Shown here one piece after another: positions 41,651 through 55,129 of a DNA stretch of 64,000 nt. Positions within the stretch are counted from its first letter, which is position 1; every line of letters begins with the position of its first letter. Source of the DNA: the human T2T-CHM13v2.0 reference genome, Homo sapiens. A program made the position numbers and the translations under genes. Location of the stretch: NCBI RefSeq assembly GCF_009914755.1, contig NC_060938.1; one strand, written 5' to 3'. The notes beneath the pieces are model-generated. The model saw nothing but the letters and a program-made list of their open reading frames with translations. It ran no database searches and was not told the DNA's origin.

Positions 41651-41969
41651 TTATTTTTTTAAATTTTTATTTATTATTTATTTTTAAGAGACAGGGTCTC
41701 ACTCTATCATCCAGGCTGGAGTGCAGTAGCGCAATCCTAGCTAATTGCAGCCTTGAACTGCTGGGCTCAAAGGATCCTCCTGTTTTGGCCTCCCACATAG
41801 CTGGGACTACAGGCACCTGCCACCATGCTCGATTAATTTTTTTAATTTTTTGTAGAGATGAAGTCTTACTGTGTTTCCCAGCCTGTCTCAAACTCCTCAC
41901 TTAAAGCAGTTCTCTTGCCTCTGCCTCCCAAAGTGCTGGGATTATAAGCATAAGCCACCGTGCCTGGCC
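41651..41969 (-). mobile_element. AluJ SINE
   Basis: Antisense Alu with GAGACAGGGTCTCACTC and CTGGGCTCAAAGGATCCTCC. Confidence 0.92.
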
Positions 41970-43204
41970 TAGGCAAACTAAGCTACCTGATTTTGAGCAA
42001 TTTATTTCAAGTCTTTGAGCCTCAGTTTTCTTACGCTATATTGTAGATAATGATAGTCAATTCCTTGTTGGCTGGTTGCAAGGATTAAATAGAATAAACA
42101 TTCAGGAGAGGGCATATTACATAGTATATATTTTGAGGATATGTTATATCTACAAAAAATGAAAATATGTCAATCACTCTTTTTAAAAGGGAGGACTGAT
42201 TCAGGCAATCTCTACTGTGTCTTCCACCTGTCGGTAGAAGGAGTCCCTCATTATAATTACAATCTTCATTGTTCAACTTGTGTGTTCCAGGTCTCTTGTT
42301 CTATTTTCAATATTTTTTAGGACATCATTGGATTCTACTTAGGAGAATAGCAGAATCATCCCTGAAACATCCTCCACTGTTTCTCTTTTAACTGTTCTGT
42401 GACGGTTTTCTACCCCCATAATGTCTCTATTCCAAAACATACGGGGGATAGAGGTGTAACTTGAGATTCAGAGATCGGAATTGAGGAGAGAAGGGAGGTA
42501 ATTGTTTCTTTCCCACCATCCTTCTCCCCAGACTCAAGCTTTATCCAAGCCTGAGGTTTAATCTTAACTACAAATAGTCTTTGGTCACCAAATTCACAAA
42601 ATTATCCAGTCCTTTTGAAAACACAGCCGCAGAGCTTGACTTACTGACCTCTCATGACAATGAATTCCACAGACTTCATGGATGGCTTTTCAGCCTTTAA
42701 AATTCGGTCAAGTAAATAAATAACTTACCAGCCCTAACTTCCTGCACACTCCATTTCTTCCAACTTCTGTGAGGATGACCTCTGGCAAAACTCAAGGAGA
42801 AAAAGGAGCAACCCAGTCATACCCCCTTTCACACAAATATCAGAAACAAGTCACCACAACGCGTCCCAGACAGCATGCTGGAAAACCCATCCCCAGCTCC
42901 ATGGAGTCCCTTGGCTGGTCCTCTCCCTCCTTCAGAAAGCAGAACTGTCCTAAGGCAGCTCTCGGAAGCTGGTGGCGAAGGGCCTCGATTTCTAGCTGAT
43001 CGGGAGCTAGAGATATTATTTAAGTGTTAAATAACAATGTAAAATACTCTGATTTTATCCCACTCCAGACATTTTCAGCCACCCAGAAGGATGGGCCACT
43101 TATTTCCTAACTCCCAAAGAATAAACTGTTCTGTTATTGTTAATCATGATGCATTATCATTAAACGTATTGCCTATAGCCTAACTCATGATTTTTATTTC
43201 TAAA

Positions 43205-45470
43205 CTTTTAAAATTAATTTTAATTGATAAATAAAAATTATATCTATGATGTACATGTTTTGAAATATGTATACATTGTTATTAATTATAGTCACCATGT
43301 TGTACTAGATATTTTGAACTTATTCCTCTTCTCTACCTTTATACACTTCAACCAATATCTCCCCAACCCCTTACCCTGCAGCTCCCGGTAACCACCATTC
43401 CACTCTCTGCTTCTATAAGATCAACATTTTTAGATTCCACATATGAGTGAAATCATGTGGTATTTGTCTTTGTGTCTTTGGCTTATTTCATTTAACAGAA
43501 TGTCCTCCAGGTTAATCCATGTTGTTGGAAATGATAGCACTCCCTTATTTTTTTAAGGCTGGGATAGTATTCCATTGTGTATATACACCACATTTTCTTT
43601 ACCCACTCGTCGTTGATGGACACTTAGGTTGATTCCACTCCTTGGCTCTTGTGTAATGTTGCAATGAACATGGGAGTGCAGCTATCTCTTTGACATACTG
43701 ATTTCATTTCCTTTGGATACATACCCAAAAGTAAGATTGCTGGATCATATGGTAGTTCTATTTTCAATTTTTTGAGAAATATCCATATTATTTTCCATGA
43801 CTGCTACAGTAATTTACATTTCCACCAACAGCGGCAAGGGTCCCCTTTTCTCCACAACCTTGCCAACGCATCTTTCGCCTTCTTTGATAATGGCCATTCT
43901 AACGGATGTGAGGTAATGGTAGGAATAACGCTCAAAATCCTAAGGAAATTGAACACTCAAACAAAGGATTCTCAGCAAAGCTATTTTACTTCTTCACAGA
44001 GGGGTGCCTCCTTGGCCAGTTGCCATGTGAGCACACCTGAACAAAGGGGCACGAGAGCCTTTATTCCTGACGCAAGTCCTGCCCCGTACCCTTTCCCCAT
44101 TGGCCGGGGTTAGGTTGTACAATCTAAACTAACCCCGGTTGGCTAAACATTTGATTTTTTTTAGATAGGGTGGGCAAGTAAAAGAAAGTGAACGGGAAGG
44201 GGTGTCTGTAATGAGCTAGAAAGTCAGTCCTCTTTCCAAATAAGGAAAGGAATGTCAGCTGGTACTGACAATGCTTGCTACTGTGGCGTGCCTGGGCATT
44301 TAACAAAGGCAAGAAAAGGAGGAAAAAAAAAAGGGGGGGGTACTATAAATTAATGAATAAAAGATTGATCAGATTATTTGAAGAGAAACCTCATCATATC
44401 ACACAGTAATATATCATTGTAGTTTTAATTTGCATTTCTCTGATGATTAGAAATGTTGGCTATTTTTTCATGTACATATTGATCATTTTTATATCTTCTT
44501 TTGAGAAATACATATTCAGGTCCTTGCCCATTTTTTAATTGTGTTGTTTTCTTGCTATTAAGTTGTCCGAGTTGCTTATATATTTTGATACTAACCTCTT
44601 ATCAGATGAGTTATTTGCAAGTATTTTCTCCTATTCTATAGATAGTCTGTTTATTGTTTCCTTCACTGTGGAGAAGCTTTTTAGCTTGATGTAGTCTCAT
44701 TTGTCTATTTTTGCTTTTGTCACCTGTGCTTGTGGGGTCATATTCAAAAAGCATTGCCCAGACCAATGACGTGGCCCTTTTCCCCTACATTTTCTTCTAG
44801 AGGTTGTATGGATTCAGGTCTTACATTTAAGTCTTTAATCCCTTTTGAGTTTATTTTTATATATTAGGTAAGGGTCTAATTTCATTCTTCTGCATATGGA
44901 TATCCACTTTTCCCAACAATATTTATTGAAGAAACTGTACTTTCCCCATTGTGTGTTCTTGGCATCTTTGTCAAAAATCAACTGACTGTAAACGCATGGA
45001 TTATTTCTGGGCTCTCTATTCTGTTCCATTTGTCTGTGTGTCTGTTTTAATGCCAGTACCATGCTGTTTTGGTTACTATAGATTTGTAGTACATTTTGAA
45101 GCCACCAGCTTTATTCTTTTTGCTCAAGATTGTTATGGCTATTCAGGGTCTTTTGTGGTTCCATATTAATTTTAGAGTTGTTTTTCCTATTTCTGTGAAA
45201 CATGTCATTGGAATTTTGATAGGGATTATATTGACTCTGTAGATTGCTTTGGGTTAGTATGGACATTTTAACAAAATCAATTCTTCCAGTCCATGCACAC
45301 AAGATGTCTGTTTATTAGTGTCTTGTTCAATTTCTTTCATCAACGTTTTACAATTTTCAGTGTGTAGGTCTTTCACCTCCTTGGTTAAATTTATTCCTAA
45401 GTATAATATTTTTCATAGCTCTTGTAAATGGGCTTGTTTCTTTGAACGGTTTGTTGTTAGTGTACTAACT
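43205..45470 (-). mobile_element. L1MA (MA6-8-like) 3' portion, interrupted by an LTR
   Basis: Antisense L1 3'UTR and ORF2 C-terminus (ORF-track fragments [20 protein letters not shown]). Confidence 0.85.
43917..44405 (-). mobile_element. LTR15-like ERV1 solo LTR
   Basis: TG...CA ends, 4-bp TSD GTAA; the L1 rejoins across it (GTGAGGTAA|TATATCATTGT). Confidence 0.8.
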
Positions 45471-45569
45471 CGTATTTTTAAGTCCGTTTTAATACTGGCA
45501 AAGTTTCGACCAAAGCCCACATCCCCAAGTGAAAGCTTTGCTGAAGCGGAGAACACGGTAGACTCCTAA

Positions 45570-46200
45570 CTCCACCACTTACTCGCTGTGTGACCTTGAG
45601 TAAGTCTCCTACTCTGAACCTCAATTTCTTCTTCTTTGAAAGGACGACAAAACTTTAAACTGTTTTCAAGGGGATTAAATTAAGTTAGGCAACTTAATAA
45701 GCTGGTTAACCATATACTAAAGCCATATCACCTGAGTTTAAATCTCAGCTCTACTACTAATGACTGTGGGGCTTTGGGAAAGTTATACAGCCTCTGTTTC
45801 CTCAACTTTAAGATGAGGATAGTAACATCCCCTTCCTTACAAGGTTGCCGTGGTAATAAAATGAGTTCATATTAGTAAAGCACTTAGAACAGTATCTGGC
45901 AGATGGTACACACTAAATACATTGTAGCTGTCACTATATTAATAGAATTAATAATTTTTAGTGTTACTACTATTACTATTACTATGTTAACATTGTGTTC
46001 TTAACAGATAGAAAACAAGGAAAACAGGAACTAACACTTCTAATCGTGCATTCTGTGAGCCACCGAATTAAGGATATCTTTTTTAATCCTCACAACAGCA
46101 CTGTAGTGTAGACACTATTATCCATGTTTACAGCTGAGAAATTTGACGCTCAATTAGTTAAGGAAATTGGCCCAAACAAATGTTGTTAGCAACAAAAATG
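45570..46200. mobile_element. Cluster of three MIR fragments
   Basis: TGTGTGACCTTGAGTAAGT, GTAAAGCACTTAGAACAGT, TTTAATCCTCACAACAGC cores. Confidence 0.65.
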
Positions 46201-46229
46201 GGAATTATCTCTGCATTTAAGGAAGAAAT

Positions 46230-47120
46230 TTAATGAGCATCTGCTAAGTAAGTGCTAGGAGAGATATTAAGTGCAGAAAATGTAAAGATGTGCACAGCAC
46301 AGTCCTCGCCCTCAAGAAGCGAGATAATAATGAGATCAAAAAAGGACTTTGGCACCCACAATTGGTGGCAGAGAAATAGACATAGAGGGGTGTTGCATTT
46401 GCACTGACTGTGAAAGACACAGAAAAGAGGACCTTGCAATGTGATGAGAGCAAAGAGCCTATCTACAAGTTCTTCTGAAAGTACAGAACTGGGGAGGTTG
46501 GGAGGGTGGTGGGGAGAGAGATGGGAGAAAAGTCACTGAAGGGAGTAATGCAAGGGTTGAATCTTAAAGGGTGGGTGGGATTTCAGCCAGTGAGGAGGGG
46601 CAGCAGGGTGCTTCAGATAAAGGGGACCCCAGAAGCATGGTACGAAAGAGAAGGACAGCATGGCTCAAAGGAGGGATTAAAAAGTCAGTTTTGCTAAACT
46701 CTCTCTCGAATGTGTGGCACAAGATAGGGACTGATACCAAAGCCTGGAAAACCTGGAGAGCCCCTCATACAATACAAATAGACAGTGAAGGTCAGACTCC
46801 ATCTGTGGAAGGATTTTAAGCAGGGAAATGACTTCGATTTACATTTTAAGTTGTGATAGCAGTGTGAAGGTGAATTTGCAGTGCCTAAGACAAAACACAA
46901 CAGCTTAAAAGGTTGCTGCCATAATCCAGAAGAGGCGTGGAAAGCTCCTGGAAAGGATGGAGAGCTGGGATTGAAGGCAAATCAGCAGGTGTGTCATGGA
47001 GTAAATGCCCAGGGTGAGGAAGAGGAAGGTATGCAAGTCCCTACCTTAGCTATCTGAATAAATTGAAGTCTAACTGAAAGAAAAGATACAGGAGGTCAGT
47101 AAGTATGCAGGGAGGAGTTT
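46230..47120 (-). mobile_element. L2 fragment interrupted by a duplicated segment at 46324-46440
   Basis: CAGTCCTCGCCCTCAAGAAGC; GAAGGATTTTAAGCAGGGAAATGAC...ATTTACATTTTA. Confidence 0.6.
46324..46378. repeat. Direct repeat copy 1 (copy 2 at 47121-47177)
   Basis: ATAATAATGAGATCAAAAAAGGACTTTGGCACCCACAATT-GGTGGCAGAGAAATA; one substitution and two 1-bp indels. Confidence 0.93.
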
Positions 47121-47859
47121 ATAATAATGAGATCAAAAAAAGGACTTTGGCACCCACAATTAGGTGGCAAAGAAATACAGCAGGATAGTGCAATTGTGCA
47201 CAGATACTATACTACCTCTGTGAAGGGTGGGAGGATGAGCAATCTTTACTCAGACATCTCCTTTAGTGGGGACAGGTCTCTCTATGGGTGGGAGGAAAGC
47301 CTCCTCCAGGAGGGAGCAATGGCTTTATTTCTGTGGGGCAAGAGTTCCTAGTAGCACACTAGAAGGGTTTAGAAAAGAAGGAAGCAGAGGGAAGTTAAGC
47401 ACAGAGGAAAGAAATTCAGAATAGAGAGGAAGGGCCAGGAGGAGGTGTGTGAGCCAGGCCATTTGCTTCTGCCTGTGAAGATGGATATGAGGAATATGAG
47501 GCAGGAGGTCATGGGGCCGCCATGTTCCAAGCATGCTCTGGCATCAGGTGGCTTTACTGTGAGCAACACCTGAGTCCCCAGGTAGAGTCTGAGGCCTAAG
47601 TGAAAAGTCATTGTTCTGCCTGTTCCCAGTGGATTGAAACCAGTGTCAGCACAGCCCCCAAAAGCTGTGCTAAAGACTAAGACATGAAGAGTCAACACTG
47701 GTATCAGCCGAACAGGCAAAAGTGAAGAAATTGCCCTGCCACAAATGCTCATGCTCAGTCCACTGCTCCATGTCATGAAGTAAAATATAGGAGCTCAGAC
47801 TGCAGACACAGAAAAAGGAACTTGCAAACCAGTTGCAATTATGGATGTCAATATTATAA

Positions 47860-48845
47860 CTCAGTTTTGCAACAAGTCCTGTGGTCTCTACCTCAAAAAT
47901 ATCTGGGATCCATCTGACTCTCTGTCCCCTGATCTCTTCCTATACCCTCTTTTCCGGGCACCACCATGACAGGCTCCATCCTGCCTGCACTCCTGCATGG
48001 ACTTTTGCTCCCGGCAGTGTCTCCACAGGCTCCAGAATGATCCTTCAGAGACGTAAATCAGTTCTTCTCACTCCTACGCAGGGCTGAGACAGAGCAAGAA
48101 GAGTGAGAAATTCATTCTCAACATCAGTTAGGTGCAGGGTCACACCTTGTCTTTATTTGAAATTTTGATATTTTAGTCATCATAGATTTTTGGATCCCTT
48201 TCCATTTTAAAAACTATAATTTATCTTGTTGGTTGACTTTTGGATTGGTCCCTTGAATTTTGCCCCTGAAGTGAGTGCCTTACTCTCCTGAGAGTGCTTC
48301 CATGCCCAAAGTCCCCCAGCCATGTCCAGTGGCACATAGAAAAACTCCAGACTGCTTCTCTTGGCCTTCAAGGCCACACATGACTGGACCTCTGGCTCCC
48401 TCTGAACCACTTTCTCCAGACACACTGGCCTTTCATGTTTCTGTGCATCCCAAACTCTGTCTACCTTCAGGACTTTGTGTTTTCTGTGCCTTCTGTCTTG
48501 GATGCTCTTATCCCCAGATAACCAAATGGCTGCATCCTTCTTCAGGTGACACTCAGATGTCACCCAAATATCACAGCTTCAGAGAAATCTTCCCTGACTG
48601 GTCAATGTGAAGCAAAGCTCTCCATCCCCAGTCACTCTTTTTTATGCCATCCTGATGTATTTTCTTCATACCACTTACCAAGGGCTGACATTATCTAGTC
48701 TGTTTATTTGTTCACCCGACCTTTTTCTGTTTCCTTTCTCTACCCATGTTTTGCTCCATTAGAGCAAAACTTTTGTTTTTATTGACACTTTCTCCAGAGG
48801 CCAAGAACAAGATCTGGAGCTCAAACATTTGTCAAATGAATAGAT
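47860..48845 (+). mobile_element. L2 fragment interrupted by a MER96B-like element (~48080-48290)
   Basis: L2 motifs CTACCTCAAAAATAT, CAGGACTTTG, TTGTCAAATGAAT; insert starts CAGGGCTGAGAC and contains TTTGAAATTTTGATATTT. Confidence 0.65.
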
Positions 48846-49048
48846 GTACTACAGCTACTAAGTACTTAGGTTTCAAAATACTAGAACTAGCTGCACGGTA
48901 TTTAAAGACAAGACACATTTAAAATCATAAATTCAATACGTTTTTACCAAATGAATACATCAAAAAATGACATAATTTTCTACTTTTTCCCAAAAGTAGT
49001 TTTCAATGAAGAGAGATAGTCTCCATAGCACATCTGTGAAAAGGACAT

Positions 49049-49740
49049 TGCTATGGTTTTGCTGTGTCCCCACCCAAGTCCCATCTTGAATGGTAGTTCC
49101 CATAATCCCCACATATCATGGGGTGAGACCAGGTGGAGATAACTGAATCATGGGAGCAGTTTCCCCTGTCCTGTTCTCATGATAGTGAATTAGTTCTCAC
49201 AAGATCTGATGGTTTTATAAGGGGCTTCCCCTTTACTGGACTCTCATTCCTCTCTCTCTTGCTGACTTGTGAAGAAAGACATGTTTGCTTCCCCTTCCAC
49301 CATGATTATAAGTTTCCTGAGGCCTCCCCAGCCATGCTGAACTAAGTCAATTAAACCTCTTTCCTTTGGCTGGGCACAGTAGCTCATGCCTGTAATCCCA
49401 GCTCTTTGGGAGGCCAAGGCAGATGAATCACTTGAGGTCAGGAGTTCGAGACCAACCTGACCAACGTGGTGAAACCCTGTCTCTATCAAAAATACAAAAA
49501 TTACCCAGGCGTGGTGGCATGTCCTGTAATCCAAGCTACTCAGGAGGCTGAGGCATGAGAATTGCTTGAGAGCCCATGGGGCAGAAATTGCAGTGAGCCA
49601 GGATCATGCCACTGCATGGTAGCCTGGGTGATAAAGCAAGACTCTGTCTCAAAAAAAAAAAAAAAAGCAAAACTCTTTCCCTTATAAATTTCCCAGTCTC
49701 AGGTATGTCTTTATTAGCAGCATAAAAATGGACTAATACA
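49049..49740 (+). mobile_element. THE1C-like MaLR solo LTR containing an Alu
   Basis: TGCTATGGTTTTGCTGTGTCCCCACCC...GGACTAATACA; TSD GACAT / GATGT. Confidence 0.9.
49368..49667 (+). mobile_element. AluS inserted in THE1C
   Basis: Alu dimer; TSD AAA(C/A)CTCTTTCC. Confidence 0.93.
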
Positions 49741-50906
49741 GATGTCTTCCTTTCACATGACATTCAAACTTTTTCCACCTCTATATATTGAGCAAATCAA
49801 GTCACATCTCTCTCCATTTCAGAATACAATTTCCTTAATTATAAAATGAAAAGTGAATGTCAATACTGACTACTAGCAACTTAAACAGGTTCACATACAT
49901 GAGCCAGCTGGTCTCTAAGACCCAGCCCAATTCTAACATTCCAGCCACTCTAGTTCTCAGGTCACCCACTCCTGGCTTATGCAGATAGCAGGAATTTCCT
50001 TGGTGTGGTCAGAAGAACCAGGTGACAGCTGGGGCTTTCAAGTAAGTCACCAAACAAAGAAATAAAGGAACCGGAAGGTTTTGTCACTCACAGAAAAATC
50101 CCCACCACCAACCTCCATGTGCACAAAACTGAAAGTTATTTTAACTCATTTGGTGGCAAAGACTGACCTAAATGAAATGCTACGAGTGTAATTACTATCC
50201 TAATTTAATCCATTTCCTATGAATATTTGTATGTGTTGCCACAAAAAGAGGAAGGTATTTGATTACAGGGTTCTGCCACATATTACATGATATATATGCA
50301 CCATATTACTTTTCTAAAATCTGAAAGATGTCTAAGTTTCTAAACACATCAGGCCCCAACATTTTTATATAAAAAATTGGGTATTATCCTCAATTTATAG
50401 AGGAGGAACATGGAGGCTCAGAGAAGTTAATTTGCCCAAAGTCACATAACTAGAATACAGTAGAGTCGGGATTTGAACCCAGGTCTTTTGACCCCAATGT
50501 CATGTCCTACTCTTAAGCAGCTAATTTTCTAGCAAGGAAGACAAAACATGTACATAAATAAGTACAGCATAAAGGAGAAGGTGAATGAGTGCCTTAAGAG
50601 TGGTACAAAATTCTGTCAAAATTCAAGGAAGAGTAATTACTCTGGCTGGATTGTTCAAGAAGGGCTTTGTATGAATTCTTTTTCACAAATATCACTCCTG
50701 ACAGAGCTCAAGAAGTTTTGGCCACCAGGCCTGCTGTTATCTCAGCAATCCAGGGCTAGCAAAGGAAACTGGGGAATACCCAAAGACTGGTACCAAAAAT
50801 GAGGCTGAATGTTTGAGGTTGCATGGTGTGGGGTGAGCAGGGAGGGTAGCTTGGGAGATAAATCAGGTGGCAGAAGCAGGAGCTTATTGAAGACAATGGG
50901 GCTGCT

Positions 50907-51009
50907 CAAATATGCTCTCTAAAGATTATAGCAAATACACTCTCTAAAGATTATAGCAAATATGCTCTCTAAGGATCATAGCAAATATGCTCTCTAGAGA
51001 TCATAGCAA
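50907..51009. repeat. Minisatellite, 25-bp unit x4
   Basis: CAAATATGCTCTCTAAAGATTATAG repeated four times with few substitutions. Confidence 0.95.
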
Positions 51010-51369
51010 GCTTAGGTTCAGGCAATCTTCAGAATCAAGAAGACTAATATGGCAGTTGACATCAGAGAAGGATCCAGGGAAGAACCTGAAAGCCAGGGAG
51101 GGCAACTGAAGTTCTGTTTAGTCAGCAGCAGGGCTACCCATCTGCAGGTAGAGTTCACTAGGAGTGAGACTATGTCTAGGGTAGTCAAGTAAGATGGTAA
51201 GTTCTAGTCAGGATAACAGAAAAGCTTAGCAACATATTCTGAGTCATCATGGGAGAATACAATGGACCCCGTAACTCACGGGCTCAAAGGGTCATGATAG
51301 ATTCTCTGAGTTCAGGCCTGACACATAGACATACTGGATCTGAATCCAACTGAAGACTCAGGGAGTCAG

Positions 51370-52560
51370 GGACTTCCATTTTTGCAAAATGGTAGACAAG
51401 AGATCATGAAATCCTCCAACCATAAAAATGCTTAAGATATATATACATTATTATTTACATAATAATGATACCTATAATATTATTTTGTATGTAACAGACA
51501 GTAATCATGTAAAATATATTATGCAATATAAAGTATATAAATTGTATAGGTATATAGACATATATTAATCCATTTTATAAAATAAGTGAAATAGCCCAAG
51601 ACCAGCTAAGAAGCAGAGGCCATGAGCAGAGAAGTGTAAGAGCACTGATGCAGCCATTGTGCAGAACAGGAAACTGGATTGGTGATCCATCCACATAGGA
51701 TTCACTAGGGGGTTATTCTCTCAGGAAAATAGTAAACTAAAAGAGAGTCCATCCACCAGTGACAAGCACAGAGGAAACCTTGGCTCTAGATAGGAGTTAA
51801 AAGAAACAAAACAACATACTCTTCCTCTGAGATTTCATAAACCCAAATTGGCCACACACAAGACGTAGCGGTTAGAAATCACACTATCTGTGTGGCCCAG
51901 AAAACCTCAACGAGAATATCATTTAACGCGGACCCAAGTCCATGATGCTCACAGGTAACTGGCAAAGACAACTGGAAATCCACCCCAAGAAATAAACCCT
52001 CAACCCAGGTCTCATAGTACTCCCTCAGAGATAATTCCAAGAAATACGAACTCACAATCAAAAATCGCAAAATCTACCAGGGGAAAAGTACCTTTGAACC
52101 AGAGTCATCAGCAGCAACAAACATTAGAACACAGACCCATAAAGGCTTCAGATAATTGAACTATCAGATACTAAATGAAAGATAAGTATATTTAATATTT
52201 TTAAACAAATAATTGAAGCTATGAATAAAAAGGAAGAGACCATCTACAATGAAGAAAAGACCAGATATGTTTGAAAAAGAACCAAATAAAACTTCTTGCC
52301 TTGGAAATAAAGTAATTGTTATTTAAAACTCAGTGAAATCATGAGGATACAGTCAGGCACACCCTAAATGCAGGAAAACCTATAGGATAAATTATTTATT
52401 CATTCAACAACTAAATGGCAATGGGGAAAAACAAGAGTGGAAACTGTTATAGATTTTGCAAAGATGTAAAGACCTCCACCAAATGCAATATGAGGATCCT
52501 GATTCAAATAACTGAATCCAAAATATTGTTAAGAAATTATATTTATACAGAAATTGTTAG
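51370..52560 (+). mobile_element. Ancient HAL1/L1ME 5' region followed by an L1MC-like 3'UTR piece
   Basis: GGGACTTCCATTTTTGCAAAATGG start; CTTCAGATAATTGAACTATCAGATAC; TTTGAAAAAGAACCAAATAAAACTTC. Confidence 0.55.
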
Positions 52561-53819
52561 AAAAACATAAATATTTATTTTACGTTGACTTTGCTAAAAT
52601 GGGCTTTCATCTTAGACTTATATTGAAGGACACTATAAGAAACAGTCATATAATAGCTTTCCATGGTTTCTAGTGTAGGAATACTTTCTGGGACAACATC
52701 CACTATATTACAGTGTCTGCTTAATGAAGACCTACAGGAGAATTTGCTTTCAAGTCTCCACGGAAAAATGTACTTCTCCTAAACTGATTCGATTTTATCT
52801 TGAGACCAATATTCCCAAAACCATGCCTGTTTTTTTTTCCTTTGGTCTTTAGGAAACTCAAATATGCAATCAACCTCAAGCTGTCACCCAGAACCATACA
52901 GGATACATCCCCGTGTGCTATTTTATCCTAAATTAGCTTTCCTTTCCCTGGAGTCTTTTAACCATGTAGTTTATACTTTGCACACTTTTTATAATCCACC
53001 TCAAGGTTTAAAGTTGTAAACCACCTTGAATTCTTTGTGTTTATTTTAGAGGGAACCCAGGCTCTATGAAAGGTTTTTTGGGGTGATTAGGGATGGCGCA
53101 TAATGATGTGCTTGTCACACTGACATTTGACAAAAGTATTTCTGCACTTAGCTTTTCACTTCAACTAAGCTATAGCTCTTTAAAGGTACAAACTGTATCT
53201 TTTTCATCTTTGCATCATTAATAATGCCTTGCACACTTAAATGATCTGCTTGGGAGACAGAGAACTAGAGCATCATTAAGACTCCACATTACAGTGTTAT
53301 GCTGTAGGGTTAACTGACAGAAATGAATCCTAAGCCATATTATTAGGAGCCCATGTTTGAATCTTTGCTGGAGATTTCCAGACCTAAGACACAAAGTTCT
53401 GGAGATAGACACAACTACTGATCGGTACTTAATAGGCTAATACATTGCATTCTACTCCTAGTTAGATTGAAACTATAATCCAAATTAATATGAGCAATGC
53501 AAATCATGGCAAACTCATTATATTTTCTCCTCTTTCTAATCTGTTTCTGAATTTTTGTTCAAACTCTGATATGTTGTTCATCCTAGATCATAGCAGATGG
53601 TGATATAATACCTGACTCCATTTGAAGTTCTGTATCTCTCATTTCTGTTTGTAGTAAGACTGGAGGCTAAAAAGCAGAGAGAGACATGATTACGTACTAT
53701 CAGCATGAGTCTTGAGACCCAAGTAACTACTGCTACAGTGGAAATGAGATATGGGCTCAGTAAGGGTGGCACAGGGTACCAAAAGCAATAACAATATCTG
53801 TATCTATTACATATTTTTA

Positions 53820-54470
53820 AAAAAGAACTTATTCCTATTTCACAAGTGAGGAAACCAAGATTCTCAGAGGTTAATTAACTTCCCTGAGGTCCACAATTAG
53901 AAAGAAATTGAACCAGAATTTGAACCTGGAAATATGTAATTCTAATGTTTCTTCCATACTACTGTGCCATCATTATAAGTATCACAAAAGAAGTATAAAC
54001 AATGTATTTGGGAGTGTGAGGAAATCAGAACATCAGGGAGGAAAGAGAGAGGGATGGAAATGAATTGACAACAAGTGGAAGAAAGACAGAAAAGGAAAGT
54101 GATATTTATTGAGCAACTACCAGGAGCCAAGCACTTTTACATACAGTATCTTGTTTCAGTTACATAACTACTTTGTTTGGAGGACATTTTTGTCTACAGA
54201 CAAGACTCAGAAAAGAAAAGTGACATCCCCAAGGTCACACATGGAGTAAATACATAGATGGGAATCAAATCTGCATCTTGTGACCCCACGTTGGGGGCTA
54301 AAGGCTCTTCTTTTTCAAGTGATCTTGGGTAAGTACACATCTCTAGGCCTCAGTTCCCTCACGTGTTAAGGTTGGGTTGTTTTGAAGATTAAATAAGATG
54401 ATCCATGAAAAAGGCTTAGCACAGTACCTGTCTCACAGAAAGGGCTCAGTTAAATTTAGCTGTGGTTGCT
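53820..54470. mobile_element. MIR fragments (three)
   Basis: GAGGAAACCAAGATTCTCAGAGGTTAA; CCCAAGGTCACAC; GCCTCAGTTCCCTCAC...GGCTTAGCACAGTACCTG. Confidence 0.65.
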
Positions 54471-54723
54471 GTTACTGTTATATTCCACTGTGGCAGCTTT
54501 GGTAGGGAGAAGGTATTATTCCTAGACCTCAATTCAGTTTGCAGAAAAGTATGATGTCTCCTAGAGAGTGTTCCCAAGCTGGCCCTTTCTCAAACACAAA
54601 GCATCTTTGCCCTCTTATTCCTGTGACTTCTGTTCATATCTGTCTGACCAAATCTCAAGGACCAGGCCGGGAAGGAGCTAAACCTGGGCTATAGCCAGTC
54701 AGAGCTTCCTTACCTAGCAGGAC

Positions 54724-54812
54724 TAGGTGACCCACCATCTTGGCTTCCCCAGGATTGAGGGGTTTCTCAGGACACAGGACTGTCAGTGCTGAAATTGGGA
54801 CATTCCCAGGAA
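54724..54812. mobile_element. MER81-like hAT-Blackjack fragment
   Basis: TAGGTGACC...GAGGGGTTTCTCAGGAC...CAGTGCTGAAA. Confidence 0.6.
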
Positions 54813-54816
54813 GGTA

Positions 54817-55129
54817 CAGTCATCCCTCAGTATGGAGGATTGGTTCCAGGACCCTCCATGGATACCAAAAATCCATGGATGTTGAAGTCCCTGATATAAT
54901 GTGGTGTAGCATTTGCTCATAATTTACATATATCCTCCCATATACTTTAAATCATCTCCAGATTACTTAGAATACATAATACAATGCAAATGCTATGGAA
55001 ATAGTTGTCATACTGTACTTTGATTTGTATTAATTTTTATTGTCATGTTATTACTTTTTATTGTTTTCCAAAATACACTTCAGTCCACGGTTGGTTGAAT
55101 CCACAGATGTGGATTCCGAGGGCCGTGTG
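54817..55129 (+). mobile_element. MER2/MER2B MITE
   Basis: TA TSDs, CAGTCATCCCTCAGTAT start, GGATTGGTTCCAGGACCC. Confidence 0.88.

Noticed and set aside
50907-51009. CRISPR-like array
   Set aside because: Contiguous units with no spacers, in primate DNA
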